Source: Candidatus Sumerlaeaceae bacterium (GTDB lineage: Bacteria > Sumerlaeota > Sumerlaeia > Sumerlaeales > Sumerlaeaceae). From it: a DNA stretch of 64,000 bases. Positions 1-9,536 of the stretch are shown piece after piece. Within the stretch, counting starts at the first letter, position 1. The number at the start of each line of letters is the position of its first letter. The position numbers and the translations under genes were made by a program. A model generated the notes under the pieces. The model searched no databases. It was not told the origin of the DNA and saw only the letters and a program-made list of their open reading frames with translations. The DNA is taken from the NCBI GenBank assembly GCA_051003195.1, contig JBPCLP010000020.1:128001-192000 (forward strand), given 5' to 3'.

Positions 1-2
1 TA

Positions 3-191
3 ATGAGCAAAGGCAAGATTCGCGAGAGCGGCACGCATGCAGAGTTATTACAGCAGGGCGGCCTCTATCGAAAGCTGTACGAGTTGCAATACAGGGCCGC
101 CCCGACTCGGAAAGAGGATCCGCCAGAAGTCGATTATCGGCATAATATGGACAGAGTTCCTGTCCAACTCTACACAGAAGCTAATGAGTGA
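3..191 (+). CDS. ABC transporter ATP-binding protein (MsbA/MdlB-like exporter), 3' end only
   Basis: C-terminal motif 'GKIRESGTHAELLQQGGLYRKLYELQ' is typical of ABC exporters; truncated by the window edge. Confidence 0.85.
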   Translation: MSKGKIRESGTHAELLQQGGLYRKLYELQYRAAPTRKEDPPEVDYRHNMDRVPVQLYTEANE

Positions 192-327
192 AACGACCTG
201 CACTGCCGCGCGAGCAAATTTGAAATCCGTGATGGATGAGGCAACGCAGTCACGGGAACCGGTTATCACTATTAAAACAATGCGGCGGCCATCCGAAATA
301 GATTCTATTGACCGCACCGGTGTATAG
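184..327 (+). pseudogene. Truncated Phd/YefM-family antitoxin fragment
   Basis: ATG at 184 gives MSETTCTAARANLKSVMDEATQSREPVIT, resembling the YefM N-terminus; only 47 aa, C-terminal half missing, no toxin follows. Confidence 0.6.
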
Positions 328-386
328 CCGAGCTTCGAGACCCCTTGGTAGACAAGGGGAAAGCACACAGAAAAGAGTATATCCAG

Positions 387-1901
387 GTGCAGACGACGAC
401 CAGCATGGACGCCATCGTATCGCTTTGTAAGCGGCGCGGCCTCATATTTCAATCGAGCGAAATTTACGGCGGATTGGCGAGCACCTGGGACTACGGTCCC
501 CTGGGCGTGGAACTGAAGCGCAACGTAAAGGACGCGTGGTGGCGCGCGATGGTGTACGAGCGCGACGATATCGAGGGCCTGGATGCGGCAATCCTGATGC
601 ACCCGCAGGCCTGGGTCGCGAGCGGGCACGTGGCCAATTTCAGCGACCCACTCGTCGACTGCAGAAGCTGCAAGCGACGATTCCGGCAGGATCATCTGCC
701 GCCATTTTTCGGCGTGCAGTTTCTGCATCACGATGAAGGCACAGTTACGGAAACGCAGGTCGTAGCAACGACTGCGGATGATTTTGAAGCCGCTGTAAAA
801 AAGGTCAGGCAGGGCAAGGAGTGGAGCAGTAAGCCGAAAGGTTACTGGACGGTCGCCGAGCAGCCGGTCGCGGTGGAGCCGCGCTGCCCCGATTGCGGGG
901 GGGAGTTGACCGAGCCGCGGCAGTTTAACCTGATGTTCAAGACGCACCTAGGTCCTGTTGAAGATTCGGCATCGATTGGATACCTGCGGCCAGAGACGGC
1001 ACAGGGGACGTTCGTTAATTTCGACAACGTGATGACGACGATGCGCCGCAAGCTGCCATTTGGAATCTGCCAGGTGGGTAAAAGTTTCCGCAACGAGATC
1101 ACGCCGGGGAATTTCATCTTCCGCACGCGTGAGTTTGAGCAAATGGAACTCGAGTATTTCTGCAAGCCGGGCGATAAGTGCCAGCCGGGTGAGCGCACCG
1201 ACATGGACTGGTACGAGCACTGGAAGTCGGAGCGCATGGCGTTCTACGTGCGCTACGGGATCCGGCCCGAGAATCTGCGCTTCCGCGATCACGAGCCGGA
1301 TGAACTGGCGCATTATGCGCGCGCGTGTGTCGATATCGATTACCAGTACCCGATCGGGTGGAGCGAACTGGAAGGGATCGCGAACCGCACGGATTACGAT
1401 TTGCGCCAACACATGGAACACTCGAAGAAGGATCTGCGCTTCTTCGATCAGGAACGCAACGAGCACTACCTGCCGTTCGTGATCGAACCGGCCGCCGGTG
1501 TGGATCGCACCGTGCTCGCATTTCTGTGCGATGGGTTCCGCGAGGAAACCGTCGAAGGCAAAGAATCGCGCAAGGTTCTGTCGCTGCACTATGCGCTGGC
1601 GCCGATCAAGTGCGCGGTATTCCCGCTGCTGAAGAACCGGCCCGAGCTGGTAGAGAAGGCCCGCGCGCTTTCACGCGACATGAAGCCGCATTTCTACACC
1701 GTGTACGACGACACCGCCGCCATAGGTAAACTTTACCGCCGCCAGGACGAGATCGGCACGCCGTTTTGCGTGACGGTGGACGTCGACACACTGGAAGACG
1801 GGCAAGTCACCCTGCGCGACCGCGACAGCATGCAGCAGGTCCGCATGCCGATCGAAAAGGTACAGGAGGAAATTAGTCTGCGTCTGAACCCAAAAGGTTA
1901 A
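387..1901 (+). CDS. glyQS: Glycine--tRNA ligase, alpha2 homodimer type
   Basis: Motifs KRRG..FQSSEIYGG, YLRPETAQG, FRNEITPGNFIFRTREFEQME, IEPAAGVDR and anticodon-binding YRRQDEIGTP; start GTG 387 or ATG 405 (ORF open from 345). Confidence 0.97.
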   Translation: MQTTTSMDAIVSLCKRRGLIFQSSEIYGGLASTWDYGPLGVELKRNVKDAWWRAMVYERDDIEGLDAAILMHPQAWVASGHVANFSDPLVDCRSCKRRFRQDHLPPFFGVQFLHHDEGTVTETQVVATTADDFEAAVKKVRQGKEWSSKPKGYWTVAEQPVAVEPRCPDCGGELTEPRQFNLMFKTHLGPVEDSASIGYLRPETAQGTFVNFDNVMTTMRRKLPFGICQVGKSFRNEITPGNFIFRTREFEQMELEYFCKPGDKCQPGERTDMDWYEHWKSERMAFYVRYGIRPENLRFRDHEPDELAHYARACVDIDYQYPIGWSELEGIANRTDYDLRQHMEHSKKDLRFFDQERNEHYLPFVIEPAAGVDRTVLAFLCDGFREETVEGKESRKVLSLHYALAPIKCAVFPLLKNRPELVEKARALSRDMKPHFYTVYDDTAAIGKLYRRQDEIGTPFCVTVDVDTLEDGQVTLRDRDSMQQVRMPIEKVQEEISLRLNPKG

Positions 1902-1908
1902 AGTTTCG

Positions 1909-2142
1909 GTACCGACGGTATTTACGGAGGACCCATACCGTTTCTATTTCTATAGTCACGAGCCTAACGAACCGCCGCATGTTCACATCGATAGAGATAA
2001 TCAGTCCGCAAAGGTCTGGTTGCAACCCGTAGCGTTGGCACGCAATCATGGTTTCGACGCGCGAGAGCTTCGTCGAATACAACAAATTATTGAAGAGAAT
2101 TGTAGTAGATTCCTGGAGGCATGGCATGAGTACTTCGGTTAA
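1909..2142 (+). CDS. DUF4160-family protein (non-canonical GTA start or start-codon pseudogene)
   Basis: Hand translation: (V)PTVFTEDPYRFYFYSHEPNEPPHVHIDRDNQSAKVWLQPVALARNHGFDARELRRIQQIIEENCSRFLEAWHEYFG*; overlaps the start of the DUF2442 gene; absent from the ORF track. Confidence 0.8.
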   Translation, partial: VPTVFTEDPYRFYFYSHEPNEPPHVHIDRDNQSAKVWLQPVALARNHGFDARELRRIQQIIEENCSRFLEAWHEYFG

Positions 2143-2389
2143 TACAGCAGATGAGAGAGTTCGAAGCGTCCACTTTTCCGAAGATAGCCTGTGCGTTGGA
2201 CTTATGGATGGACGCACGATTTGCGTTCCGCTTGCGTGGTTCCCCAGGTTATTTCATGCTTCGACTGACCAGCTTAACAATTGGAAAGTTGCCGCAGCAG
2301 GTTATGGTCTGCATTGGCCAGACTTGGATGAAGATCTAAGTACGGAGGGGATGTTGCGCGGAGCACCGGCGCCACACGTCCAAGCTTAA
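2126..2389 (+). CDS. DUF2442-family protein
   Basis: LxVGLMDGRTICVPLAWFPRLFHAS...GYGLHWPDLDEDLSTEGML; ATG 2126 is preceded by GGAGG. Confidence 0.88.
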   Translation: MSTSVNTADERVRSVHFSEDSLCVGLMDGRTICVPLAWFPRLFHASTDQLNNWKVAAAGYGLHWPDLDEDLSTEGMLRGAPAPHVQA

Positions 2390-2536
2390 GCCCTTTTAAT
2401 CAACGACTGCGCCGCGTGTGGGTATGGGATGGCGATGCTCTCGATCATCCTTGCCTCGTGTCGCAGTCTAATTTCCATGGGATGAACAGTGCGAGTGCCG
2501 TCGATAATAAAAGCGTTTAGAAGGGCAGCCAAAGCC

Positions 2537-4357
2537 ATGAAAACTACCGTCTTTCTTGCAGCAAGTTTTGCCCTCATCAATTCGCTTCATGCGGCTGAGC
2601 TCCACGTTACTCCCCAAGGCCGGGACACGAATCCCGGAACTCGCTCGAAACCACTGCGTACGATTCAACGAGCCGCTGACATCGCCAGGCCCGGCGATCA
2701 AATCACGGTCCACGGCGGCACCTACCGCGAACGGATCGACCCTCCTGTTGGAGGAACGTCTGACAAGGAACGCATCGTCTACCAGGCTGCACCAGGCGAG
2801 CGCGTTGAAATCAAGGGCTCCGAGGTGGTCAAAAACTGGGAGAAGGTCCAGGATGGCGTGTGGAAAGTCACACTGCCGAATTCCTTCTTCGGCGACTTCA
2901 ATCCTTACAGTGATGTCATTACAGGCAACTGGTTTCATGCCCTTGGCCGAACGCACCACACAGGTGCGGTTTATCTGGATGGCGAGTGGCTGGCGGAGGC
3001 CGCAAAGCTGGACGACGTCCTAAAACCCGCGGGAGCGAACCCGCTCTGGTACGGCAAAGTGGACGAAGAAAATACGACGATCTGGGCACAATTTCATGTC
3101 GATAACCTAAACGATAAACTCGTCGAGATTAACGTTCGACGGGCGGTGTTCTACCCGTCCAGGACCGGGATTAATTACCTGGCAGTTCGCGGCTTCACGC
3201 TGCGCCACGCCGCGCCACCATGGGCCCCACCCACTGCCGAACAGGTCGCGCTGATTGGCACCCACTGGAGCAAAGGTTGGATCATTGAAGACAACGTGAT
3301 CAGCCACTCCGCGTGTAGCGGACTCTCACTTGGCAAGTACGGCGATGAATGGGACAATAAGGGGGAATCTGCAGAGGGCTACGTGAGCACGATCCAGCGT
3401 GCCTTGAAGAATGGCTGGAACAAGGAAACGATTGGTCACCACGTCGTGCGAAACAACACGATATCCCATTGCGAGCAGGCGGGAATTGTCGGAAGCCTCG
3501 GCGCCGTGTTCAGCACGATTACCGGCAATAGCATTCATGACATTCACGTACGGCAGGCGTTTGGGGGCGCAGAGCAGGCGGGCATTAAAATCCATGGGGC
3601 CATCGACTGCACGATTGCGCGTAATCACATTTACAGGTGCAATCGCGGTATCTGGCTGGACTGGATGGGGCAGGGAACGCAAGTATCGCGGAACCTGCTG
3701 CACGACAATGTGCCAAACGAAGACCTGTTCCTGGAAGTGAATCATGGGCCCTTGCTGATCGACAACAATGTGTCGCTGTCGACTAACTCACTCACCACAT
3801 GGTCGCAAGGTTGCGCGTATGTTCACAATCTGTTCGGCGGTTTGATTAAGCGATCAGTGCACGATGCGCGCGTGACTCCATTTATGAGGGCGCATTCGAC
3901 CGAACTTGCCGGGATGCACGACAATCCCTCGGGCGACGAACGCTTCTACAACAACATTTTCATGCGCGATGCAGACTCGAGCGTCTATGACGGTGCGAAA
4001 TTACCTGTTTCGATGCAGGGGAATGTGTACTTCGGCAGCGCAAAGCCTTCCACACACGAGAAGAAGCCCCTGCTTCAACGCGATGCAGATCCTCGAATCG
4101 GGATCAAAGGCCTTAAGGGTGCCTTTTATCTGCAAACGGACTCCGGGAGCGTTTTTGCTGAGGAGGGCACAGGCGTGCTCGTGACGACTGAATTGCTCGG
4201 TAAAGCGGCCATTCCAGACCTCCCCTTCGAGACACCTGCCGGAGCTCCCATCCGCGTCACCACCGACTATTTCGGAAAGCAGCGCGACAGCATGCATCCC
4301 ACACCGGGTCCGCTGGAGAAAATACCGGGTAGCGGGACGCGCATCAAGGTGTGGTAG
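2537..4357 (+). CDS. Secreted right-handed beta-helix glycoside hydrolase, GH120 (beta-xylosidase)-like
   Basis: Signal peptide; motifs HGGTYRE, FFGDFNPY, WAPPTAEQ, WSKGWIIEDN, GIKIHGAID, WLDW and FLEVNHGP match my recollection of GH120 XylC, including the catalytic Asp and Glu positions. Confidence 0.8.
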   Translation: MKTTVFLAASFALINSLHAAELHVTPQGRDTNPGTRSKPLRTIQRAADIARPGDQITVHGGTYRERIDPPVGGTSDKERIVYQAAPGERVEIKGSEVVKNWEKVQDGVWKVTLPNSFFGDFNPYSDVITGNWFHALGRTHHTGAVYLDGEWLAEAAKLDDVLKPAGANPLWYGKVDEENTTIWAQFHVDNLNDKLVEINVRRAVFYPSRTGINYLAVRGFTLRHAAPPWAPPTAEQVALIGTHWSKGWIIEDNVISHSACSGLSLGKYGDEWDNKGESAEGYVSTIQRALKNGWNKETIGHHVVRNNTISHCEQAGIVGSLGAVFSTITGNSIHDIHVRQAFGGAEQAGIKIHGAIDCTIARNHIYRCNRGIWLDWMGQGTQVSRNLLHDNVPNEDLFLEVNHGPLLIDNNVSLSTNSLTTWSQGCAYVHNLFGGLIKRSVHDARVTPFMRAHSTELAGMHDNPSGDERFYNNIFMRDADSSVYDGAKLPVSMQGNVYFGSAKPSTHEKKPLLQRDADPRIGIKGLKGAFYLQTDSGSVFAEEGTGVLVTTELLGKAAIPDLPFETPAGAPIRVTTDYFGKQRDSMHPTPGPLEKIPGSGTRIKVW

Positions 4358-4510
4358 AAAGCTGCATCGACTATTCACAACTTTGAGCGCCCGATTCGCC
4401 ACGCTGAAATCAATCGAGCGGCTTGTTAGCCAAGCAACTTTATTGCTCGCCTTCCAGCACATACTTATCAGGAACGCTTCCTTGTTGACGCTACCCGCCC
4501 ATGGACAAGA

Positions 4511-5929
4511 ATGCCGCCGCTGATGTCTCAACAAATTCTCATCATCGGAGCGGGACCTACGGGGCTTGGCGCGGCCCACCGGCTGAATGAGCTGGGCCAC
4601 ATAAACTGGCAACTATTCGAGCAGGGCTCGCAGCCGGGTGGACTTGCGGGATCCGTGACCGATGAGATGGGATTCACGTGGGACCTCGGCGGGCACGTGC
4701 AGTTCTCGCACTATAAGTACTTCGATGACCTGATGGACAGCCTGCTTGGGCCGGAGGGCTGGTTGCACCACGAGCGCGAAAGCTGGGTCTGGCTGCGCGA
4801 CCGTTTTGTTCCGTATCCGTTCCAGATGAACCTTCATCGTCTGCCGCGCGAAGAAATGAAAGACTGCGTGTCGGGCCTTGTGAGGCTGTATAAGCAGGGT
4901 GGCGGCAAACGCCCCGCCAATTTCGGCGAGTGGATCGATGCAACGTTCGGTGCGGGGATTGCCCGCGTGTTTATGCGTCCGTATAATTTCAAGGTATGGG
5001 CATATCCTCCCGAGCAGTTGCAATATACATGGATCGGCGAGCGCGTAGCGGTGACGGATCTTGAGCGCGTGTTGAACAACATCTTTGATGGTAAGGATGA
5101 CATCTCGTGGGGGCCGAACAACACATTCCGGTTCCCGGAACGTGGAGGCACGGGTGCGGTGTGGCGTGAGTGCGCGCGTCGGCTGCCGCCGGACAAGATC
5201 CGCTACAATACGCGGGTCAGCGCAGTGAACACGGACAAGCGCGTAGTAACACTGGCCGACGGAAGTACTGAGAAATACGACCTGCTTTTGAGCACGGTGC
5301 CGCTCGAACGATTCGTTGAAATGAGTGACCTCCGTGAAATGCTGCCCAACGTACACAAGCTGAAATACTCCTCCACACACATCTTTGGTATTGGCCTGCG
5401 CGGCGCGCCGGGTCCCCACATCGGCAAGAAATGCTGGATGTATTTCCCGGAAGATAACTGTCCGTTCTACCGGGTAACGGTGTTCTCAAATTACTCTCCC
5501 AACAATGTGCCCGACATCACGCAGTACTGGTCGTTGATGGCCGAGGTGAGTGAATCTCCAGACAAGCCGGTGCTGCCAACACCGGAGGCGCGGCTTGAAG
5601 AAGTAATACAGGGGATGCTGAACACAAAGCTGATCGCCCGCCGCGAGGATATCGTCGATACCTGGCAGATCCGGCTGGAACACGGCTACCCTACACCTTC
5701 ACTGGAACGTGACGAAATCCTTTTCGATGTTCTGCCTTCCCTGGAAAAGCTCGGCGTTGGAAGCCGCGGCCGCTTTGGCGCGTGGCGTTACGAGGTCAGT
5801 AACCAGGATCACTCACTGATGCAGGGCGTCGAGTGGGTTAACCATGTGCTTTACGGCGCGGACGAACTGACCCTGTGGCACCCGGAAGTTGCGAATAACA
5901 TGAACCGCCCGGCGCTTCGGGCGCAATAG
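4511..5929 (+). CDS. glf: UDP-galactopyranose mutase, eukaryotic-type (FAD-dependent)
   Basis: GAGPTG FAD motif; GGHVQFSHY His loop; VPYPFQ, FMRPYNFKVW, WGPNNTFRFP, CPFYR, GYPTP, RGRFGAWRYEVSNQDHS. Confidence 0.85.
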   Translation: MPPLMSQQILIIGAGPTGLGAAHRLNELGHINWQLFEQGSQPGGLAGSVTDEMGFTWDLGGHVQFSHYKYFDDLMDSLLGPEGWLHHERESWVWLRDRFVPYPFQMNLHRLPREEMKDCVSGLVRLYKQGGGKRPANFGEWIDATFGAGIARVFMRPYNFKVWAYPPEQLQYTWIGERVAVTDLERVLNNIFDGKDDISWGPNNTFRFPERGGTGAVWRECARRLPPDKIRYNTRVSAVNTDKRVVTLADGSTEKYDLLLSTVPLERFVEMSDLREMLPNVHKLKYSSTHIFGIGLRGAPGPHIGKKCWMYFPEDNCPFYRVTVFSNYSPNNVPDITQYWSLMAEVSESPDKPVLPTPEARLEEVIQGMLNTKLIARREDIVDTWQIRLEHGYPTPSLERDEILFDVLPSLEKLGVGSRGRFGAWRYEVSNQDHSLMQGVEWVNHVLYGADELTLWHPEVANNMNRPALRAQ

Positions 5930-5945
5930 TCGAAGACCCGTTCGA

Positions 5946-7910
5946 CTATTCGAAGAGCGCCCAGTCTGTAACGGCAGTCGGAGTTGCGACCAGGAAGGCA
6001 GCGACGGCGTCCTTTGCATCAATAAGCCCATATCCGGCATATGAATCGACTCCGGCGGCAGCGATGTCCCTTGCTGTGTTTTTCAAATGTGCGTATATCT
6101 GCGCGGGTGTGAGAGCAGGGTTCGCCTGGAGCATCAGGGCCGCCACTGCGGCTGCGTGCGGTGCAGCAGCGGAGGTCCCGTAGAAATTCGGAGAGCCGTC
6201 GATGTCATCGTCGTCGCCGCCGAAGAATGTCGTGTTGCCGCCGTCAGGCGCTGTAAAGTCCGGCTTGAATACAATCTGGGGAGAAGCAAAGCGGGTAAGG
6301 CCGTCATCGGAGATGTAGAATGGCAAGTTGCCGGCAAGCGAGCTGTAGGATTCCACGTTGATGACGCCGCTCGGCGACTGCGCGGTTCCGCTGGTATCCA
6401 CTTCCTTATATCGCACGGCAGCCACTCCCATGGCCCCCGCGGCACACGGATGACCGTATGCAGTGCGGTCCGAGTCCAGGGCGCGGTCCGTATAGTTGGA
6501 GTAAGGACCATCAGTAAATGCCCACAAGTGCATGCGAGGCGGAATACGCCCATCGTAATGATCAACGACTGCATGGACGGTTCTGTTGCTCGCAGTGGAG
6601 TTCGTGTATTCTGCAATTTCCACTGGCTCTCCAGCGGGGGATGCAACCGTACCCTGCGCGCTGATACTTTTGTCGAGTATATTCCCGGAAACTACTGGCA
6701 GGGCAGTGCTGCCCAGGATGTAGACATCGAGATCCGAAGAGGCTCCCGGACCCGCCGCGAAGCTACCGCTGCCGGGCTCGTCCCAGCGCAGAACAGTGGT
6801 AAGCGTGTCGCCCGGCCGTAGAACGAATGTAAGAAATTTGTCCGACGCAGCGCCCTTTGCTGCGCCGAAGTCGTGAAAATCGACACCTGTGGGCGGATCG
6901 GCAGTACTGCTCGACGCATCAGGATCGGTAAAGACCGCTTCATGCGCATCGTTATAATCGTTCCCGAGAGCGGAAAAATACGGAACACCCGCGGCGGCCG
7001 ACTGGTTGGCAGCAACAGCGATCAGGCCGTTCTGGTACACCGGCTCGGCAAAATACCCGATGTCGTCGACGACGATCTTGCACTGAAAACCCACATCGTT
7101 ACGCAACGCCGCGATGTTCGTGGCAAACTTGCTGTAACTCTGGTAGGCGGACGCGAAAGAAATGGGCGAGCCCGGGGCCACGTCATAAATTATCTCCGCC
7201 ATTCCCGCACCTTCATCCGTGGCGCCAGAAGTGGGACCCGCGTCCACAACACGCACCGAACCCGGTAAATCCCCTGAGGTTTGTGGAGTGGCACCCGTAA
7301 CGGTTCCACTACCGTACGCGATCAGGGCGGTACCGCCTATGGTTCGATTGAATGTGTCGCTGATTACGCCGACGCGAATCCCGGTCCCGTTGACGCCATG
7401 GGCACTCCTGGCCAGGGGCCCGCGGAATGAATTGTCTCCCTGGCTTGTGACGCTGCCAGTTCTCTTTATCGGCCGTGGTTCAATGCTGGCGACTTTTACG
7501 TCCTGGCGGGAAACGATGTTCTCCAGCTGGGTGGTGCTGGACACTCGAACGACTAGGTGTTTGACGCCGAGCGGCTGGTCATACGTTCCGACAGTTTCCA
7601 GTCCGACAGCGTTGACCGCATTTAACAGATCCTCTGAGAAGCTGTCCACCACCAGGATGACCTGCAGCTTTCCATCGCGCAAAGCGTGCTGATTCTTTTT
7701 GCCGGCGGCGGTTGCGAGGCCCGCGCCTCTCCGTTGCTCGACCAATGTTTCAAGCAGCCCTCCCTGGAATTTGCGCGCGAGCGCCTGGTCCCGGCCAGTG
7801 GTTAAACCAAGGGCGGATAACTTCGATGTCGCGATGTTGGCTGGTGGTTGTGCGGACGCAATGCCCGCTGACAGTAACAGTGCGTGAATGAGATTAGGTT
7901 TACAAATCAT
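5946..7910 (-). CDS. Secreted S8/S53-like serine peptidase with C-terminal VxDWxxF tail
   Basis: Signal peptide and propeptide; GVISD, DEGAGMAEIIYDVAPG (Glu where subtilisins have His), KPDFTAPDG, FYGTSAAAPH. Confidence 0.88.
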   Translation of the reverse strand: MICKPNLIHALLLSAGIASAQPPANIATSKLSALGLTTGRDQALARKFQGGLLETLVEQRRGAGLATAAGKKNQHALRDGKLQVILVVDSFSEDLLNAVNAVGLETVGTYDQPLGVKHLVVRVSSTTQLENIVSRQDVKVASIEPRPIKRTGSVTSQGDNSFRGPLARSAHGVNGTGIRVGVISDTFNRTIGGTALIAYGSGTVTGATPQTSGDLPGSVRVVDAGPTSGATDEGAGMAEIIYDVAPGSPISFASAYQSYSKFATNIAALRNDVGFQCKIVVDDIGYFAEPVYQNGLIAVAANQSAAAGVPYFSALGNDYNDAHEAVFTDPDASSSTADPPTGVDFHDFGAAKGAASDKFLTFVLRPGDTLTTVLRWDEPGSGSFAAGPGASSDLDVYILGSTALPVVSGNILDKSISAQGTVASPAGEPVEIAEYTNSTASNRTVHAVVDHYDGRIPPRMHLWAFTDGPYSNYTDRALDSDRTAYGHPCAAGAMGVAAVRYKEVDTSGTAQSPSGVINVESYSSLAGNLPFYISDDGLTRFASPQIVFKPDFTAPDGGNTTFFGGDDDDIDGSPNFYGTSAAAPHAAAVAALMLQANPALTPAQIYAHLKNTARDIAAAGVDSYAGYGLIDAKDAVAAFLVATPTAVTDWALFE

Positions 7911-8089
7911 TGGATTTCCTGATTACAATACCGGGTTGTACAGCTGAAGTATAGCTCCAAAAGCAGCCTGACAACCTGCTAAAGTATTTCATCCAATGCA
8001 AGGTGCAAACGTTGGGCCACAAGGACCCCGTTCAATCGCATTTAAAAAACCCGGGCGGGCTGGAAGCGACGGCTGTCGGCGCTGTGGTT

Positions 8090-8491
8090 TTAAGATTTAC
8101 CACAACTACAGAAATAGCTCAACCACAGCAGAGCGGCTCCGAAACCCATGGCGATGGTGCCTAGAAGTACCGCGAGCGGATTGTGGGAAAAACCGAAGAA
8201 CATGAGAGTGCCGCTGAGGACGAGAAGGAAGGAAGCGGCGGACCAGTGAAGCCAGGAAGCCTGGGATTCCAGTTTGCGACAGACGCCGCGGTAATAATTC
8301 TGAAAGGAAAAATCGGGAGGAGAGGTGAAGGAACAGCGGTGAGTAAGGTGGTTAAGTTGCTCAAAGCGTTCAAATTCGTGGTTACAGTGCGGACAAGTTC
8401 GTACGTGGCTTTCTACGCCGTCGCGTTCATTATCGGGCAGTTCGCCGTCAATCAGAGCCATCAGACCTTCGCGGTATTGCTCACAAACCAC
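8090..8491 (-). CDS. Zinc-finger (zf-HC2) membrane anti-sigma factor
   Basis: C..LMALIDGEL...HVRTCPHC (HxxxCxxC) followed by two TM helices; GTG start. Confidence 0.8.
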   Translation of the reverse strand: MVCEQYREGLMALIDGELPDNERDGVESHVRTCPHCNHEFERFEQLNHLTHRCSFTSPPDFSFQNYYRGVCRKLESQASWLHWSAASFLLVLSGTLMFFGFSHNPLAVLLGTIAMGFGAALLWLSYFCSCGKS

Positions 8492-8740
8492 GGGACTGGC
8501 ACCCTTTCTACGATACTTGTGTCATGATCTGCTCCATATTAGCCCGGCAACCCCGCAAAAATTCTGAGACAAAATGCACGCTGACTCTGAACAGCTATCC
8601 GGGACCGGCGCGGAACACCGTATCCGTGGTGTCTTGCAGCGCCACACGATCTGAGAAAGAAGAGAAGATTTCGTTCGCGTGTGAATGCTGGATCGATCTG
8701 GCCTCGTGCAGACGCTGCTGAAATGGATGAGAGGACTTAA

Positions 8741-9496
8741 ATGAAATTCAAAATTTTCGACGATAAGCTGGTAATGGCTGAGGAGGCTGCAGCACATGCG
8801 GCCAACATTCTGCGCACCGTTATTGCGGAAAAAGGAAGTGCGCGTATGATCGCGGCAACGGGGGCGTCTCAATTTGAGTTCCTCGATCACCTTACGGCAG
8901 CAGACCGCATCGACTGGAACAAGGTCGAAATGTTTCACCTCGATGAGTATGTCGGGCTGCCGCTTTCACATCCCGCAAGCTTTCGCAAATACCTGCTCGA
9001 GCGCCTGATCCACAAGGCAGGCATTTCGAAGTACCATCTCCTGGACGGTGAAGCGAATCCGCAGCAGGTGTGTGAGGACATGGCACGCGAGATCAACCGT
9101 GCGCCGATCGATGTGGCATTTGTCGGCATCGGGGAAAACGGCCACCTTGCATTCAATGACCCCCCGGCCGATTTCGAAACCGAGCAGCCATACATCGTTG
9201 TACAGTTGGACGAGGCGTGCAGGAATCAGCAGTTTGGAGAGGGCTGGTTTCCATCGATGGAAGCGGTTCCTGCGACTGCGATCTCCATGTCGATCCGGCA
9301 GATATTGAAGGCGAGAGAGATCATCTGTATTGCTCCCGATGAGAGAAAAGCAAACGCCGTGAAGAACTGCCTGGGCCCGGGCGAGCCGTCACCGGTGCAC
9401 CCGGCATCCGCACTGAAACTGCACCCCAACACAACGGTGTACCTCGACCAGCATTCGGCAGCGCTGTTACCCGACGAGTTAAAGCAGTCTGATTAA
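8741..9496 (+). CDS. nagB: Glucosamine-6-phosphate deaminase/isomerase family protein
   Basis: [41 protein letters not shown] upstream. Confidence 0.88.
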   Translation: MKFKIFDDKLVMAEEAAAHAANILRTVIAEKGSARMIAATGASQFEFLDHLTAADRIDWNKVEMFHLDEYVGLPLSHPASFRKYLLERLIHKAGISKYHLLDGEANPQQVCEDMAREINRAPIDVAFVGIGENGHLAFNDPPADFETEQPYIVVQLDEACRNQQFGEGWFPSMEAVPATAISMSIRQILKAREIICIAPDERKANAVKNCLGPGEPSPVHPASALKLHPNTTVYLDQHSAALLPDELKQSD

Positions 9497-9536
9497 ATTG
9501 CCGAGGTCTTCACCGGCAGTGGGTTGGTGTTGGTGT

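Noticed and set aside
48..947. 299-aa antisense ORF, and many other long shadow ORFs such as 4613..5419, 6087..6821 and 57316..58284
   Set aside because: They overlap confidently assigned genes on the opposite strand and have no motifs; typical of GC-rich codon bias
4340..4357. GH120 C-terminus (RIKVW) as another copy of the VxDWxxY tail
   Set aside because: It does not fit the pattern and appears to be the last strand of the GH120 fold
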